DNA of 64,000 bases, taken from NCBI GenBank assembly GCA_028534125.1, contig CM052816.1, forward strand, positions 71,302,001 through 71,366,000. The letters run 5' to 3'. Below, piece by piece: positions 62,318 to 64,000 of this stretch (its first letter is position 1; each line of letters opens with the position of its first letter). Under the pieces are notes generated by a model. It was not told the DNA's origin, did not search any database, and saw only the letters and a program-made list of their open reading frames with translations. The stretch is from Lama glama. Taxonomy: Eukaryota. The translations under genes were made by a program, and so were the position numbers.

Positions 62318-64000
62318 CAGGATAAATATGTATACTATGTGAGTTTATATAATTCACATAGCATGCATATACAGCTATAAATTCACTGGCATGTTAGAAT
62401 ATGCAGGCTGGAAATTTTCCAGTGTGTGTACATATCCAATCTATATGAGAGCACGTATCTGTGATCAATTTGTATTTCGTATGCCTTACCTAGGGATTTG
62501 TACTTGGGCAAAAAGGGTTACAAAGTCCATTAGCTGATCTGGCTTTATGGCAGTAAATCTCTCGATATTCAGCTATGACAGGAATTACTGTCCTCTAATG
62601 AGTAATAAATGTGGGTAAGTCATGTGTCCCACTGGATTACTTGGCTAAAATCACATTTAGAAGATGGCTAATTGTCTAAAATTTATCCAAATCCAATACA
62701 AATTTTATTGCCACTAATTGCCTTTGCAGGTTTTGGAGCATTAAGCATATTTAAATATATTTGTCATAGCACTCCTGTGCACATGTAATGCATGAATAGC
62801 GTAGTCGTGACTATCCTATTTAAGCTTTTCAGCTATTTTGGTAATTTAACATTAAATCGTTATAACTTGAAATATAACTTTCCATTTTTAGAGCTGTGAC
62901 AAATTGTATTTTTAAACTAAATGTTTTTGTCATGGGTAATCTATTCTTACTGTTTTGCAATTCTGACATGACTTAATTGTAATATCAGTGTTATCAATGA
63001 GTAAGAACATATTGTAATACCTTTTTATACCATTGTACATTTATTCACATAGCCAGTCTAAGAAAAGAGCCAGTCTTTTACCTGGTGCCACTGTACTAAA
63101 TAAACAGCTGTTTCCAAAACTTTTATATTTCTCAAAAACAATCCCTTATTTGAAATTGCATATATAAAATTGGTGTTTGATTTTAAAATCATATAAAATA
63201 TATATATGAGAGATAACATAGCTAATATGTAAGAAACTATGTACATTTAAAAGATTTCTAAAGGAATTTTTAAGTTTTTCCTTTGTTAAACAAGATCATA
63301 AATACAATATAATAACAAATATTAAAACGGTCTTGGATGAGATGTTTTTATATTGAAATATTCTTCCTTGTGAAAAGGTTCATGGTAAGAAAGATTAGCT
63401 TGAAAGGTGACAAGAGAATAAAATATGATAAATAAGTATATATTTTATCAACTAAAATTTCCATGAGATAGCAATTTGATGTCAAATAGCAGTTTGATCA
63501 TATGTTCCTATTCCAAGCATGTAGAAATAATTGGTAGATTGTAAAAATATATAAATACACAATGGGGTTTGTTTACTGAAAGGAGATATCTCTGTGAATC
63601 AGAAACAGAGAGGGGACCCACAGTGTAAGGAAGGACAGCTTATTCAAAGCCAGACCTTGAAACAAGTCATCTCAGTCTTGTCCCAAAGCCCAAGTGAATA
63701 TGGAGGGGGCTGAGAACAAACATATCCCATGTGCTGGATGGTCAAAGCTGGGGATGCCTCCTGAAGCCCCACTCTCTTGGTTCATGAATAGGACCTAGAG
63801 TACCACCTGCTTACCAGACTGGGGAAGAGACATCATCACCCAATGGGAATAAAAATCCATGCCAGCTGTCCCTCTGTCCCCAGATCAGCAGACTGATCTG
63901 CTACATGGTAAACTTGGGCTCTTGATAACTAAAAAAAGTTTGTACAAGGAAGAGCACACTAGAAGAAAACCCCTGGGAAGATGAAGTGACTAAAATGAAT

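Noticed and set aside
63815..63928. Minus-strand 114-nt coding exon (TTTTTTTAG| ... CTG|GTAAGC)
   Set aside because: All three frames contain stop codons; at most a non-coding or pseudo-exon, with no further support.

Overview
This is AT-rich, repeat-dense, apparently non-coding (intergenic or deep intronic) mammalian DNA. It is most likely camelid (alpaca/llama/camel), judged from two tRNA-Ala-derived short SINEs of the Vic-1 type and cetartiodactyl-type L1 3' ends. I recognise no protein-coding gene: the listed ORFs are short, start at non-ATG codons, or arise from N-gaps, microsatellites and decayed repeats. The window holds old L1M, L2, MIR, MLT1/LTR16/LTR33 and MER5/MER58 relics, several younger L1 3' ends (one with a perfect 13-bp TSD), lineage-specific ERV solo LTRs, microsatellites and two 500-N scaffold gaps. 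I see no evidence of a novel multi-gene system. The features most worth checking are a ~40-bp-periodic array of TTTGCAYRTGCAAA palindromes (53.2 kb), a nested SINE+L1 inverted-repeat arrangement (22.1-25.5 kb), an RTE-clade reverse-transcriptase fossil (41.2 kb), mosaic/stacked LTRs (28.7 and 51.1-52.1 kb) and several CpG-retaining, motif-dense unique segments that may be enhancers. Repeat names are assigned by eye from remembered consensus features, and boundaries of old repeats are approximate.
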